A program made the translations under genes and the position numbers. Shown one piece after another: positions 28,101 through 42,500 of a stretch of DNA of 64,000 nt. The notes below the pieces were generated by a model, which saw nothing but the letters and a program-made list of their open reading frames with translations, did no database searches and had not been told where the DNA came from. How positions within the stretch are numbered: the stretch's first letter is position 1; the number at the start of each line of letters is the position of its first letter. The stretch is taken from NCBI RefSeq assembly GCF_000181795.1, contig NW_003526943.1, positions 3,424,609-3,488,608 of the forward strand. The letters run 5' to 3'. The stretch is from Trichinella spiralis (taxonomy: Eukaryota).

Positions 28101-31100
28101 CGTCCACGGCGGAATTGATCAGCGGTTTGGTAAATTTGGTCGGCAACAGCAATCAAATGCCCGAACTGGCACAAGAAGCGATGGAAGTGAGTGCTTGTTG
28201 TTGCTCTGTTAGTTGTTGAATGATAATATTTGCCTGAAATTTCAACTACCTGTCCATATATATATATATATATATATATATTTCAATCAGTGTGGCTATT
28301 TTTACAGGCTATCCTTTGCTTGCATCATCCAGAAAATATACGCATGTGGCATCCTGATTCCGCCTTCACAACTGTACAATCGTTGTGGTATATTAGGTGA
28401 TGATTATTGCTTGATTTTTAAATTGGTTAATTTTTTCTAATTATTTATTTATTGATTTTCAGTTCACAATTGTTGTTTTACATTTGTCAAAAGTTACTGC
28501 AATTTCAATTGGCCAATTTTTCCGAAACGCTCCGTTGGTTGAGACAATTGCTTGTCTATCGTAATTTGTATTTATTGAGCAATCGTGAAATTGCCAACTA
28601 CGGTTCCAGTGAGCAACTTTGCAAGCAAGCTGCTCAGAAACTTGAGGTATGGCTTACAGTAGATGCTGCTTAAGCACCACTGTATATATATATGCTCATT
28701 TATGTTATCGTTAATTAGTTGTTGTCGATTACATTTAGACTGTATGCTTTGTTTATTTGTGGTCTTTGGACAACGATACTGCCATAACTGCATTGTCGGT
28801 TTTTCGTATTTTGTGCGAAGAAGCCGAAATTCGTTGTTCAGGTGATGAACTACCAGTCGAATATGCAGATCATGCTGAATTAGCCAGCGCTACTAATCTG
28901 CAAACTGTTGGTAATTTATGTTTGTACGATTTGTTTTTCTTTTTTATTTTCAATTTTTACAGTTTCAATGAACAAATTTGTTGGATATTTTGTTTTTTTA
29001 TGAAAACTATTATTAATTATTGTTTAGGACGTGTCGTATTGCAAAAGTCGATTAATTCTTACTTAAAGAAGCTACTCATACCGTCTGCCGGATGTTGCGA
29101 AGCTTGGGAAGCGACTTATCGATATTGGGAAGCATTGACAAAGTTCTTGAAAGCTTATCCGAAATCGAAACAAGAAGATTCGTATCAAGTGGTGGAAAAT
29201 TTGATCAAGCAACTTGTTAATCAGAAACTTGGGCGTAGTTCAGAACAAGAATTTGAAGTTGTCTTTTTTCTGAAATCCATTTTTTTCTTTGATCATCAAA
29301 AATTATTCATATTTTAAGATGACTGTCAAACTTTGGGCTAATATGACCGGCTTTTTGTGTTCAGTCGGTGGAGTGGTGATCAAAAGTTGCAAAAACACGA
29401 CTTTGTATTACGAGTACGCATTTTTAATTTCGATTAATGAAAGCAAGAAAAAATATTCATTTCATATTTTGTAAAATTACCATTTGTTTGTTATGTATGA
29501 TTTTACTGTTTCAGCTCTTCTGGCAATCTGCCACCTTCTGCTGAAACATCGGACAAATCAACTACTGCTACTACTGCTACTGCAGATGATTTATCCACTT
29601 CTACTCCTGATCTGTTTTGTTCCGTTAACAAGTTTGTTGTTTAATTATTATTTCATTTTTTAAATTATGTGAAATTATGTCGAAATGATAAATTTTCCAG
29701 TTTTCTGAGCCAACTATTAACGCTGTTGTTAGTCCAGTCGGATAAATTGGAAGTGGCAGTTGTACGTCACATAAAAGAGATTTGCAGTTATGAGTTGCAT
29801 CAGTTGCTGATTGGTCATTTTTTTGAACAAATTCGCACAATCACCGATCGCTTCATTGATAATGATGATGTAGTAAATGATGATTACTTGTGGTTCTGTT
29901 TCTTTTAAAATTTAATAATCGAAGATTGTTGCTTCAGATTATTATATGTCTGAAAAATACGGAATTCATTGAACATGTCGTTTATATAATGAAAAATATC
30001 CTGTTGGGATGTTGCAAGCAAAATGTGCGCAACGTGGAAATTTCTTGTATCGAACCAATTATGCTAAATTTATGCAGGTTGAATAGTAGTAATTTGATTT
30101 GTTTATTTTAATTAATAATTGTGATTTTTTGTTGTCGTCAGATATGTTCATAATTTGGAGGTGAATTGTCAGTCTGTAACAATTAAAGGGAAAATATGTC
30201 AGTTGATTGAAGTGGTGAGTTGGTTTTCATTATTAAACGTGGAAAGTGTCTGTTGTAAATAAGTTGTATTGTTTTTAGATAATGAAAAATTATGAAAATA
30301 TAATTTTTCGTTCTGAAATTCGCTTTCGCAACAGACTGGTGGACATGATAGCCGATTGGGTGATTTGTAACAATTCGCCTTCGGCTAGCAGTTGTATAGC
30401 TGCAGTTGTCGGCGTTGGGGCGTTTCCGTCCGAGGCGTCATTGCCATTACGGTAATGTATATATATTTTTTTGCTTTTCCATGAGAATTTATTATTGATG
30501 TATTAAATTGATTTTTTATTTTGAAGAGATTTCAACACGTTATGCATGGTTGCTTTGGGGGCTTTGATGAGAGATTTGCCTTTGCAGCCGAACTGTCCCC
30601 CCAACTTGACCACCGGGCAAACCAATGTGCAAAACACTGCCGTGCTGAACAAGTCGCAGCTATTTCAAAAGCACTTCGGTTTGTTCATGAACGTGCTCAA
30701 CGACTGTGCAATGAACGAGAATACCGGCGCCGGGGATTTCGACGTCGAGACGGTTTCCAGGGGCGACGAGACGTCGTCTAAGCCGTTAGTCGACCCTTCG
30801 ACGTCGTCGTCGGTTCCACTGGTTAGGGGCGCTGGCCGGGCCGGAGCCGGGGCGGCGGGCGTTGGCCGTCGGTTCCGCGAGACCAAAACGGAACAACTGC
30901 GCCGGGCCACAATACTGGCCATGTCGAATTTGCTGGCCGCGAACATCGACATCGGCTTGGTGCACGCGGTCGGCATGGCTTATCACAGGGACCGACGGGC
31001 CAGGGTTGCCTTTGTCGAGGTGTTGACGAAAATTTTACAAGAAGGAACCGAATTCGAAACGCTCAACGAGACCGTCATGGCCGACAGGTTGGAAAATTTT

Positions 31101-34100
31101 AATTGCTTTTATATTGATTAGCAAAAAAATTTAATGTTTTTCAAAGATTTGACGAATTGGTCAAATTGACTACGATGATCACAGTGGACGGTGAATTGCC
31201 GATTGTCAACGCGCTTGCTTCTGTTGTCCAAACGGAACACATGGTAATGTTGTTGTTGTTGTTGCTGCTACTACTGATTACGGGATATTTGCTTGCAATT
31301 TTGTACAGGATGAATTGGCACGAGTATTGACGACGCTGTTTTCGTCGAAAAATCTTCTGCACGAATTGCTTTGGAAATTGTTCATCAAAGAAGTGGAACT
31401 TGCCGAAGCACCGACCACGCTTTTCCGCGGCAATACTGTCGCCAGCAAAGTGATGGGATATTGTTTCAAATTGTACGGCGCCAAATATTTGCACTCACTT
31501 TTGCACGACTTTGTCAATTCCACCGTCGAACATTCGACCAGCAATTACGAAATTGATCCCAGTCGGTATGTGTGTGTTTTGTTTTGTTTTGTTTATTTAT
31601 TTATTTATTTAAATTTAGTTTGGAAACGGACGACAATTTGGCCGAAAATACGACCAATCTGATGGAATTAGTGGAAAATATTTTGTCGTTGATTGTTCAT
31701 TCGGCAGATCGGTATGAACAATTTGAATTTGAAGAACTTTAATAAAAAGGCAATTTTTTTTGCTGTTGCATGTATTGGTTGTTGTTCTTTTGCAGTTTTC
31801 CAGTACAGCTTAAAGGCATGTTGAACGTGCTGTTCTACGTTGTCAACGCTCGATTTCCAAACACCGGCTTATTAGCTGTGGGCATGATCGTCTTTTTGAG
31901 ATTTTTCAACCCTGCCATTGGTAGAATTGAACTGTCAAATGTCAAATATATTACTTTGTTCTATTATATTTCATTTCATTTTATGCCAGTATCGCCATTT
32001 GAATACGGTTTGACGGAAAATTATCCAAACGCGAACGTCAAGCGTGGCTTGATGCTCGTCTCGAAGATACTGCAACAGATTGCCAATCAGACGATCAGTT
32101 TGAAAGAATCTTGCTTGCAGCCGTTCAACGCTTTCATACAAAGCAAATTCGAACCGACCAGACGGTACGAGAGGAACAATATGATTATAATTATATTATT
32201 TTGAAATTGGAACAGAGAAAAAATTTTATATACATCTATATATATATATTATTTTGCGTAACAGATTTTTCATGAATATCGCCGTTGAATTTCGTTTCGA
32301 CGCCGATGCCAGCAGTCAGTATTACATGTCTTACATGAACGACACTCCAACTTGTGCTTTGCATCGACTGCTCTGGCAATATCAGGATAGAATTGGTGAA
32401 TTTTTTACAACAATGCGATCGCACGATCGAGTTGCACGTCGTCTGGCCACTCTGTTGGCACAACTTGGACCTGCAAATGGACGAGCTGGCAGCAAGCAGT
32501 AATTATAATTAATAATTGTTTGTTGTTGTTGTTTCAGTAGATTATTAATTATTATTATTATTATTAGGTGGACGAACGTTGATTTGAATTCAACTCGTTT
32601 CGAAGAGCTGATGTCAAGACAAAGTGCTGCTGACAAGGATGAATACAATTCCATCAAAGAGAACAACATCTTCTATCAATGTGGCATTAGCAGAGCATCG
32701 AATCCAGTTTTTTATTTCATTGCTAATCGTTTCAAGTGAGCATTGGTTGTTGTTCTGTTTTACGTGTAAAAAACATTTTTTTATTTATTCAAGAGTTGGC
32801 GAAGTTAACGGAAATATGCTAATTTATCATGTTTTGATGAGCTTGAAATCGAAACGCAACGAACATTTTGAGCTGGTTGTCGATTTGACTCATGCTAGTA
32901 CGGAAAATCGCTTTCGGGTAAGCAATATGTCTTTGTTTGTTTCAAATAAATGTATATTTTGAAAAATAAATACATTATATATGAAAAGGTTAACATTAAT
33001 CGATTGCACTTTTGAAAATACCATATAAACAAAAGTGTAAAAATTTATTGAACAATTTTTAGTGAATGAATTATATTAATTTTTGTATCTTCTTCAGACG
33101 GAATTGCTGCACAAGTGGTTTTTAGTCTTGTCCGAAGCGATGCAGCAGAACATCATCGCCGCATACATTTGCAATTGCAACTCTTGGACTCGTGACTACA
33201 TACGCTTTCATGAGCGTCTGTTCAGTCCCCTGAAAGTGAATAAGCACTCTGAATAATTTTAATTGGTTTATTGTGTTTTTTTTGTCGTTCAGGCAAGTCA
33301 CAAGTTGTACTTTTTGGATCATGTTCGTCAGTTGAATGATTACATCAGTCCAGAATGGCAGCGTTTGCCAGCTTCTACTTTACAAATCGACGACGATGTT
33401 CTGACATTCAACAATGCGCTGAAAATATGCCATAAAAATATGAAATGCTCAATCAAGGTATATTGTTTATTTATTTATTTTTTTGTTTGTTTATTTGTTT
33501 TCTTTATTTTCCAGGTTGGTCCGACGTCACTTCAAATTACAACATTGGACAGGCAAAAAGTGCTCGGTCATAATGTAATATTGAACGACGTTTATTACGC
33601 CAGTGAAATACAAGAAGTATGCAGTGCAATGATTTGTATTCTTTTAAAAATTCTACTATTTGTATAATATACAATTCGGGGTAAATTTAAAAAGAAGTTA
33701 CTTTTAAATGAGCTTCATTAGACAACTGGTACACAAAGTTTGATTTACTTATTGAAAGATACAAACTACTATTTGTTTCGTTTTCAAATATAATAGACTA
33801 TTTCAGTCAGCATTTTACACATGTATGTTCTATTGTATGTTATATTTTATGAGCTGTGATCAAGTTCAATTGGCCAAATATATATATCTGAGAAATATAG
33901 TTACAGTATTGTTCAGATTGAACATTTGTCAACGTGCATATTTCTCAAAAATGATAATTAAATTTTTTAAATAAATTTTATTATTTTTTTGTTCATAATT
34001 GTTGGCTTTGTGATTTTTAGGTATGTCTTGTTGATGATAACAGTATGACGTTGACAATTTTGAACGAATGCAGTCCGTTGACGTTGATGCACGCCGACTG

Positions 34101-37100
34101 CGAGCAGATTGCTTCGGCCGTTGTCAATCTGCGCACTCGCTATGAACTGTCCCAGCCTGACCAGGCGGTCTTGCACGCGAAAATACGAGCAAAAGACGTC
34201 CCAGGCACTTTGCTCAATATGGTTAATAAGCATGAAAAATAACAAAGCACGAGAAAACCAAAATAAAAAAAATTATTATTTTCAAAAATCAAAATTTGAT
34301 TTTAAAATTCCATTTCCAAATTCTAGGCGTTGTTAAATCTCGGCAGCACGGATGCAAGCCTCCGTACGGCGGCTTACAATTTGCTCTGCGCTCTGGCGGC
34401 GACGTTCAATTTTCGCATCGAAGGTCAACTGCTCGAAACGGAAGGTATGGAAGTCGATTGTTCTCATGCTCTTTAACTGTATCTTTTTTGATCCCATATT
34501 CATAATTTGAATTATTTGGAAAAAATTTTTCGATTTCAACATTTCAGGATTGTTAATTCCTGCCAACAATACAATATTCATCAAAAACATATCGGAAAAG
34601 TTGGCGATGAATGAAACGCATCTGACGTTGGAATTTTTGCACGAATGCATTCAGGTATAATAACAGCAGCAGCAACTTCGCTTGGCTGAATCATGATGTG
34701 CAACGTGTTTTTGGCAGGGTTTTCGACAGTCTCCAATCGACTTGAAACATCTCTGCTTGGAATACATCACTCCTTGGCTGGCGAATTTGCCCAGATTTTG
34801 TCGCGTCAGCGGTAACGACAATTCCAAACGACGGGCAGTGGCCAAAGTGTTGGACAAATTGATCACGTTGACCATCGAAGAAATTGAAGTCCGATTTTTA
34901 GTTTTTTATTTTTTTTTCTTTTTCTTTTCGCTCATCATTACCATCCACATCCCGTGAAAATGTTTTCCCTGTTGTAGATGTATCCGTCGATACAGGCGAA
35001 AATTTGGGGCAGCATAGGTCGATTGTCTGAATTGTTGGACATCATTTTGGATCGCTTTCTCAAAGTATTTCTTTTTCTAATTTTAATTTCATTCCATCAA
35101 AAATGAATTGTAATTATTATTCTTTGAAGAGAAGTATTACTGGTGGTTTCGGTTCAATGCCAGCCGAAGTCATGGCGGACACTTCTGTAGCTTTGGCAGC
35201 CGCTAATACCAAGCTCGTATCGGACATACTGATCGGACGACTGATGCAAGTATGCATTGTTGATTTGTTTTTATTTTATTTTCTGAAAATAATTTTGATT
35301 GTAGTTTATTTAAAAAAAAACATATTTCTTCATATATGGATGAGATGTAGACCAGGTGCATAATAATATTTAATTGGAAAATTTGTTTATTATTTGGGGA
35401 AAAGAATATCGAAGGTTGTTTTCCTTTTTCACGTACATCTTTTTCTTTTCATACAGGTACTTGAAAAGAGCTGTTTAAATCCGCAGGCAACTTTGGAAGA
35501 GCACATACTTTGGGATGACATTGCCATTCTAGCGAGATACTTGCTTTTCCAATCGTTCAACAATTGTCTGGACGGTGAAAAATCGCCTTATGAATTATTT
35601 CAAAATAAAAATTGAAAATCGAAAATAATTTTTTCAGTAATTTCACATTTGCCAGTGTTGTTTCATTTTGTAACGGTCCTGGTCAACACAGGCCCCCTGG
35701 CATTGCGAGCTTCTATTCACGGGCTGGTTGTCAACGTAATCCACTCGTTGTGCACATGTCCGTCTTCGTTTTCAGGTATCCGGTTGAAGATTTCGCTTTC
35801 TGAAATTGACAATATTCTTCATTTATTATTAATTTATTTCCATTTTCAGAAACCACCAAAGCGAATCTTCGACTAGCGTTGACGGAATTTTTTTTGCCCA
35901 AATTTTACCGCCTGTTCGGTGTGAGCAATTTGACCGTAAAATCCGTGGCCGCGACTGCTTTTCGAATTTCGCCTCGGATGTCGTTGCCAATCCACTGCAG
36001 CGGCGATTACATGGCTTCGGGTAGCATTGCGCCGCGCCAAGATCGTCTCACTTTGCCCAACTTGGAAACCATTGCTGATTCGTTGGTCGATCTGCTCGAA
36101 GTATTTATACTTGCTATTAAAATTTCTATTTTAATTGAACATGAATTTTCGCTTTTTGCTCTTGTATGATCGATTGAAAATTGTTTCATTTGTTTAGACT
36201 TGCAATCAAGATATAAAAAATCGAGATTTATGCAATGAATGGGAAAAAATTTCTTATTACTTTACGATGCGTTTCAATCCGGCTTTGCAGAGTCGAGCGT
36301 TGGTTGTGTACAGCTGCTTGTCGAAAAAAACCGACGAATCGGTGATCAAACAATTGTTGAATCTTCTGCTTCAAGTATTATTAATAATTGAGGAGGAAAT
36401 TTTTCTGAAAAAAAACAGTTATTAATATTTTGCTCCTTCGTTTACAGTTCGTGAAAAGACGCGACGATTGCAGTCTGTTGAGTGCAGTGTTGATGGCTCT
36501 CAGACGTCTGACACCGTTGCTTCCATCGGTTGTTTTGCAAGCAGTTTTTTTTAACATTATTTATTTTTTTAATGTTTTTCTGTATTTATTTGTATTTTCA
36601 TTCGTTAGATTCATTGTACACTGCTAGCACGGCTGTTTTGGATATCGGTGATCATTTTGCAGTTGGAAGATCCGAACTTGTACGAGCACGGTTTGGCATT
36701 GTTGGAACAAATTTTACGTTCACTCGACAGTCTGAACGTTTTTGAATACGAAGTGAAAAATGATGCTGCTGCATTTGATTTCAATCGTCGTAGTAGTATT
36801 TTTTTTCTCTGTCCGTGTAAAACAATTTATTGCAGCCGTTCGAAAAAGTGATGATGGAAGCGCGGCCGTTGTTGGAATGGGAATTCAAAGCGATGGATCA
36901 GCAGATGGGCATCTCGTTCAAGCACAATTTCCACTTTGCCGTCGTGGCTTATCTGTTGAAAGGATATCGACATCCGTCGCAGAGTGTCGTTTCACGTACG
37001 GTGCGGCTGTTCAGCTTGATCTTGGGCATTGTAGCTAAATATACGAAACGGTGAGAGGGGGGTTTCGTTTATTATTATTATTAATTTTGTTTTCATTTAT

Positions 37101-38921
37101 ATGGCTGTGATTATGAGCTCCACTATACTAACAATGAATATATTTGAACAGGGATCGCTATGAAGTGACCGTTGAAAATGTCGCTTATTTGGTGGCGCTT
37201 TTGCCGGTGTCCGAAGAGGTGCGTTTGCGTTGTCCACTTCGGCATTCGACACTGCGCGCGTTGAGCCTGTGCGGTCCGTCTGAGAACGCTTCGAACAACG
37301 ATCCCACGGTGGGTTCGTTTCCATCGCCCGGACGGGCGGACAAATTGCAGCCCTGCAGCCGACGTTCGGCTCTGTGCATCCAACGTCTGCAGCGAAGTTG
37401 TGACGACAGTATGCAAACGCTCGCAGTTGCCGGATCCACGGTCGGCTCGGGAAAGCTGATGCGCACGGTCACCGGAGCCGGTGACACTCTGTCCAGTCGG
37501 ATGTGGTCTCCTTCGTCGTCGTCGTCGTCGTCGGTGTCGTCCATGGCGGTGGTCGGCTTTACTGGTCAACGGAGCCGTTCGTTGCCGTTGTCCGAATTGT
37601 CGACTTGTTCTTTGTCGTTGCCCCATGGGGATAACCGAGAGCAGCAGAAGCAGCAGCAGCATGAACATGAACATCCGGATAAAACTGAACAAACCTGCAA
37701 AAACAGTAACGGCGATGATGGACCTGGTGACCTGGCGCCCAAGACCACAGCTGCTGAGATTACCAAATCAGAACCGACAGACGAATCCCAAGAATCCAAA
37801 GCTGAACAGCAACGACTCAGCAACAGCAATGGTAAAAGCGGTGGCGGTCAGACTGGTCAGTCAAGCAGAACAGCTTTTTACGAAAACTTGCTACTCGATG
37901 AAGATGTCCTCTGTGAACCGAGCTTGCAGGTTCTTGTCTTGACTGTACTGGTGAGAGTTGTATATTTATTCTCTGTTTGTTTTTGTTTTCTTGATATTTT
38001 TGTTGCTCATCCCATCATATGCAGTAAGTATACTTTACGCAATCTACAGGGTACGTTGGTGCGAAATTATGCCGATGAAAATGAAACGCGAACATTGTTC
38101 GAATATCTGGCTGAAGCATCGTTGGTATTCCCGAAAGTTTTTCCAGTCATGTGAGCTCAATGTTTTTGTTTTCTTCTAAATCTACACAAACGGAACTGAA
38201 ATTATTATTAGTAGTATGTTTTATATTATTGATTTATCATTCATTTCAAGTCACTGTCTGCTTGATCAACGCATCACGCAAGTTCTGCAAATGTCCCACG
38301 ACGCGGCCGTGTTGAGGGCAGTTTTGCACATCATTCAGAACATGATTCCGAGCCAAGAGACGACCGACACCTACCAACAGCAGCATCTTACTCTGTTACA
38401 AAGTGAAGAAAAAATCAAAAATTTTCCATCTATCTGAAAAATTAATATATTTCATAATTATTTTGCTTTGTTTTTCAAGGTTACGGGTTTGGCGGATTTT
38501 GGCGTTTTGCGGGACCATTTTCGTTGAAGGTGAGTAGTTTGTTGTTAATTAATATCCAGAACGGGATAACTGTTTTATATTATTTGTAATTTTGTGTGGT
38601 AACCACAATTTTGATGTGGTTAGAAAAGAAATTTATTATGAAAAATTTTCTGTTCAATAACTTTTTTTGTCTCTGGTTTGTCGTATGAATTGTTTAATGT
38701 GTTTGTTGTTCAAGTCCACAGCACAGTTACAAATCGCCCCGGAAAGTTTGACTTGTTTGGAAAGGCTGATCGGCAGTTTGGGCGAAGTGCATCTACTGAC
38801 GCCTCCGCCGTTGTCGCCTTTCGGCACAAGTGAATTTGGCTACTTCAGGCAGGAAAGCTTTTCCGGCACATCCCGCGCTAATTCTGTCACTCTCGAACGA
38901 AGCGCTACCTCCGACTGCTGA
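25178..38921 (+). CDS. NF1: Neurofibromin (RasGAP), roughly 50 exons
   Basis: N-terminus KPLEWVSSLLARFEDQ|LPVKTG, VWPLQMMLLILCP, GRD motifs TLFRGN (Arg finger), FLRFFNPAI and KILQQIAN, Sec14-PH region, DVPGTLLNMALLNLGS, CLEYITPWLANL and GFGGFWRFAGPF. All traced introns are GT-AG. Confidence 0.97.
28256..28281. repeat. (TA)n microsatellite in an NF1 intron
   Basis: Directly visible. Confidence 0.9.
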
Positions 38922-39597
38922 TTACTGTCGATTTTCAGCGGTCGATTTGAAATTCCCCTTCAAAAACAGTTCGACAAAATCATCATCATCTTGACCATCA
39001 TTATGAATAATATTTTATCACTTTGGGCAGTGGACGTATTTGTGAATGAATAACTGCAAAAGAAAATAAGTTGGTTGACAAAGAAGAATACTTTTTTACA
39101 TCGTTTATCAAAAATATTCTATGTAAACTGCTTTTGTTCTTATGGTGAAACTTTTTCATGCTTATTTTAATTTTCTTTACTACAGAAATAACTCGTGTAC
39201 GGTCTGATTAAAGAAGTTTGAAATAAAAAATACATTTGAATTAAAATAAAAATAATTTTGCTTTATTATTTATAGAAAAAATGTTTTTTTTTGCTAGCTT
39301 TATCAACAATAAAAAATTCAAATGCTTGAATTTCAGCAGTGCATTACAGTATACTAGAGGGACCCTGCTCAGATGTGTGACCATTTAAACGCGACTGTTT
39401 GTCAAAATTCTACATGCGTACCTAGTTCGCAGGCGTGAAAATTTTCTTGCGTTTTGAATTTATTGTCAAATAAACAAATAAGCACTCGAAAATTGCTTGA
39501 CATTTCGGCGTAAGCGAAGTTTGAAATTACCGTTCAAAATTTTGTTCATTTTTTTACAATTTTTCAAAATCAACTCGTGAAAAGTCTTATTTACAAA

Positions 39598-42500
39598 ATG
39601 GAAATGGTTCAAGCAGGCAGGGTAAGTTTACGATTTTTGCCTATTAGACTTTTAGTATGAAAATTTTTTTCTCTTTTCACCCTCTAAAGTAATGGTGAAA
39701 AAATTATGGCATCAAGCATGGTTTTCTGAAGAAATGTATAATAATTTTATATTTGGAATAATATTTTGAATTGTTTCATTTATTTATTTATTCAAATATT
39801 TTTTTTAATATTGAAGGTTCATAAATTGAACATAAAAAATAGCCGGTTAGTTTGATTTATGAAAATCGTCATTGAACATTTTCATTGAAATTTCAAAAAT
39901 ATGCACCCATTTAATTTAATTTAATTTAATTTAATTAATTTTTACTTATTTTCAATGGTACTTTTCAGGTTGTTCTTACAGTGTTTATTGCCTTCTTTTT
40001 TGCTTCTTCAGTTTTATCTGATCAAAGTCTTTTCAAATGGTGCCACACGTACGGTGGCATTTCACCGTCCGATGCCTACGAGAAGGAAAACGGTGAAGTG
40101 ATATGCTTGTATCGTTTGAAAGTGGAATTTAAAAATAATGATTGGTGGGAATCCGCGGCCTGGGATTGCTACAATTTTCATCAGTCAGCATCGTTGTACG
40201 ATTTTGAAGCGATTGAAATATTTGAATCAGCGTTTACTATCAATTTCAACAATCGACTTACTACGGAAAAAATGGATATGCTATTAGGACCTAGGCTTTA
40301 CACGAATTTCCAAGTGAATAAAACATCCAATATTGGATACAGTAATATTCTATCGTTGGACGTGCTCAGCCCTGGACAAAAAGTGGAAAAGTGTTCGTTT
40401 GCAAAGAGTAAACAAGGTTCATGGTTAAAATTAAATGGAAGTTGCGTTACATCAGATTTACTGTTGGATGATGTACTTACAGTGCAGTCGAAAGGTGTTG
40501 CACTTTGTGAATTTTTTTACTACAAAGAGGTTGGTTCAAATGCATTGAAAATGGACAATGTACTTTTCTGGCCAGGTAAATGTAATGACCAACTGAGAAA
40601 TTATAATATTTACGCTATTTGCCAAGTACTCAGTGCTAAAGATTTCTGTAAGCATTCTTTGCTTGGAAACGACACGTGCAGGTCGTGCGCTCGAAATCGC
40701 CAAGGACCATATTGCGAAATCATAAGTAAGTATGACATTTTGATATCCCCTCTTTGATAAAAAGTATTAATAAAAACAATGAGGAAGAAGGAAATGTTGT
40801 TTTTTTTTATTTTTAATTTTTGTTCGATTATAAATAGACTATGTAATTTGTACAAAAAAGAAATTTTGTTTTCCCCTTTGTTCAGATGCAATAGTGCAAA
40901 AATGGTTCACAGTTGTGGTGGTGGTGGACATTTTTAACGTGATTTTTTAAATGAATTTTGAGGTTAAAGTTTGTTTTTCTGTAGGTGAAGATTGTATTAG
41001 CGATTTGTGCCCAAATGCGAGATCATGTATACTGAAAGTTGAAGTTAATGGCATAACACGGCGAGAACCGTATCCTCGATGGGACTGCATTTGCCGTGAA
41101 GAATACACAGGACATTTGTGCGAAACCAGTATATCCGTTTTTTAGTTCAGTAATATTTTTTTCAGAATTATAAAAGTGTTTTTTACAGGAATAGAAGAAG
41201 CGGCTGGCTATTATTTTGGTGGCAGTTGCCGTATGGGATTTACAGGAAAATCCTGTGAAACTTGTAAGCTTTCTCTTCGTTTATTGGCAACTAACTACTT
41301 ATTTACTCACTTGTTGTTGAAAAAAAACTGAAAAATAATATTTTTATTTATTTATTTATTTACATTTCTTATTCATAATACTGAAATTAGTTGTTTTATC
41401 AAGTTTAAGAAAAATTCCATTTCAAAAACAAATGTTGAAGGGGTTGATTTGTATTTTGTAAAATAATTGAAATTTCATCTTCTCATTTTATTTGGTGTAG
41501 TGATCGACGACTGCAGTGACGTGACTGGCAAAAACATAATAAGCTGCGAGTATGTTGAACTCGGTACACCTTATTGTTTTTGCCTGTGCAAAGATGGCTT
41601 CGCAGGTCCTCGTTGTGAGCTCAGTAAGAAAATTCCCTTTCTTTTAAAATATTGCACATTGGAAATGTTCAACATTATCAAAGCATGTGTGACATTCATA
41701 TAAGCAGAATTGGAAGAGTATTTTTTTTTCTAATACAAATCATATATATGTATATATTATAATGATTAATTAATTATTTATTGGTGTTTTTTACATATTT
41801 AATCAGTTGTCTTATTTGTAAATCGAAAGTGTACATTTCTTAGCAGCTGAGTTTTGTATCCTGCGTCAGTTGTATCTGAATTCAACAAACTGGGCAGTTG
41901 TATTTAAACTGATTTATATTGATTGAATTTTGAATTTTCAGTTGATAATTTATGCTTGAGAAATCCATGCAAAAACGCCATCAAATGTGAAATGGGTTTC
42001 AAGAAATACAAATGTTACTGCAAAGCTGGTTTCACTGGCAGGCACTGCGAAATAAGTAATTTTGAAAATTTTCCTTTTTATATTATGTTCATATTTTCAC
42101 GTTCATCGATTTTCATGCAGTAGAGAAATGTTAATTTTTTGTTTGTTTGTTAAGTTCTAAACATTTCTTATTTATATGACTTGTTTTTTTTGTTGCAGCA
42201 GCAGATTATTTTTTCAGAAATATCCAACAGTACTTGATGCTTTTTTGAGATTCAAATTTTTGTAGATATTGATGAGTGCGAAAGTAACCCATGTCTTAAC
42301 AGAGGAACTTGCATAGACGGTGTCGATGGATATACTTGTTTGTGCAGGAGAGGTTTCAAAGGCCCAAGATGTGCAGGATGTAAGAGTAGATTTTTTCATA
42401 TGCTGTTCTGATTTCCAAGATGAAAAAATTATTGTACATGTTTTGTAATTTGTCTTCGTCTCTGGTAGTATTTTGGTTGATATTAATGGTTTTGGTTGGT

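Noticed and set aside
27727..28212. Overlapping alternative-frame and antisense ORFs in GC-rich NF1 exons (also 30665-30986 and 37123-37942)
   Set aside because: Expected by-products of high GC and low complexity inside a real exon; no recognisable domains.
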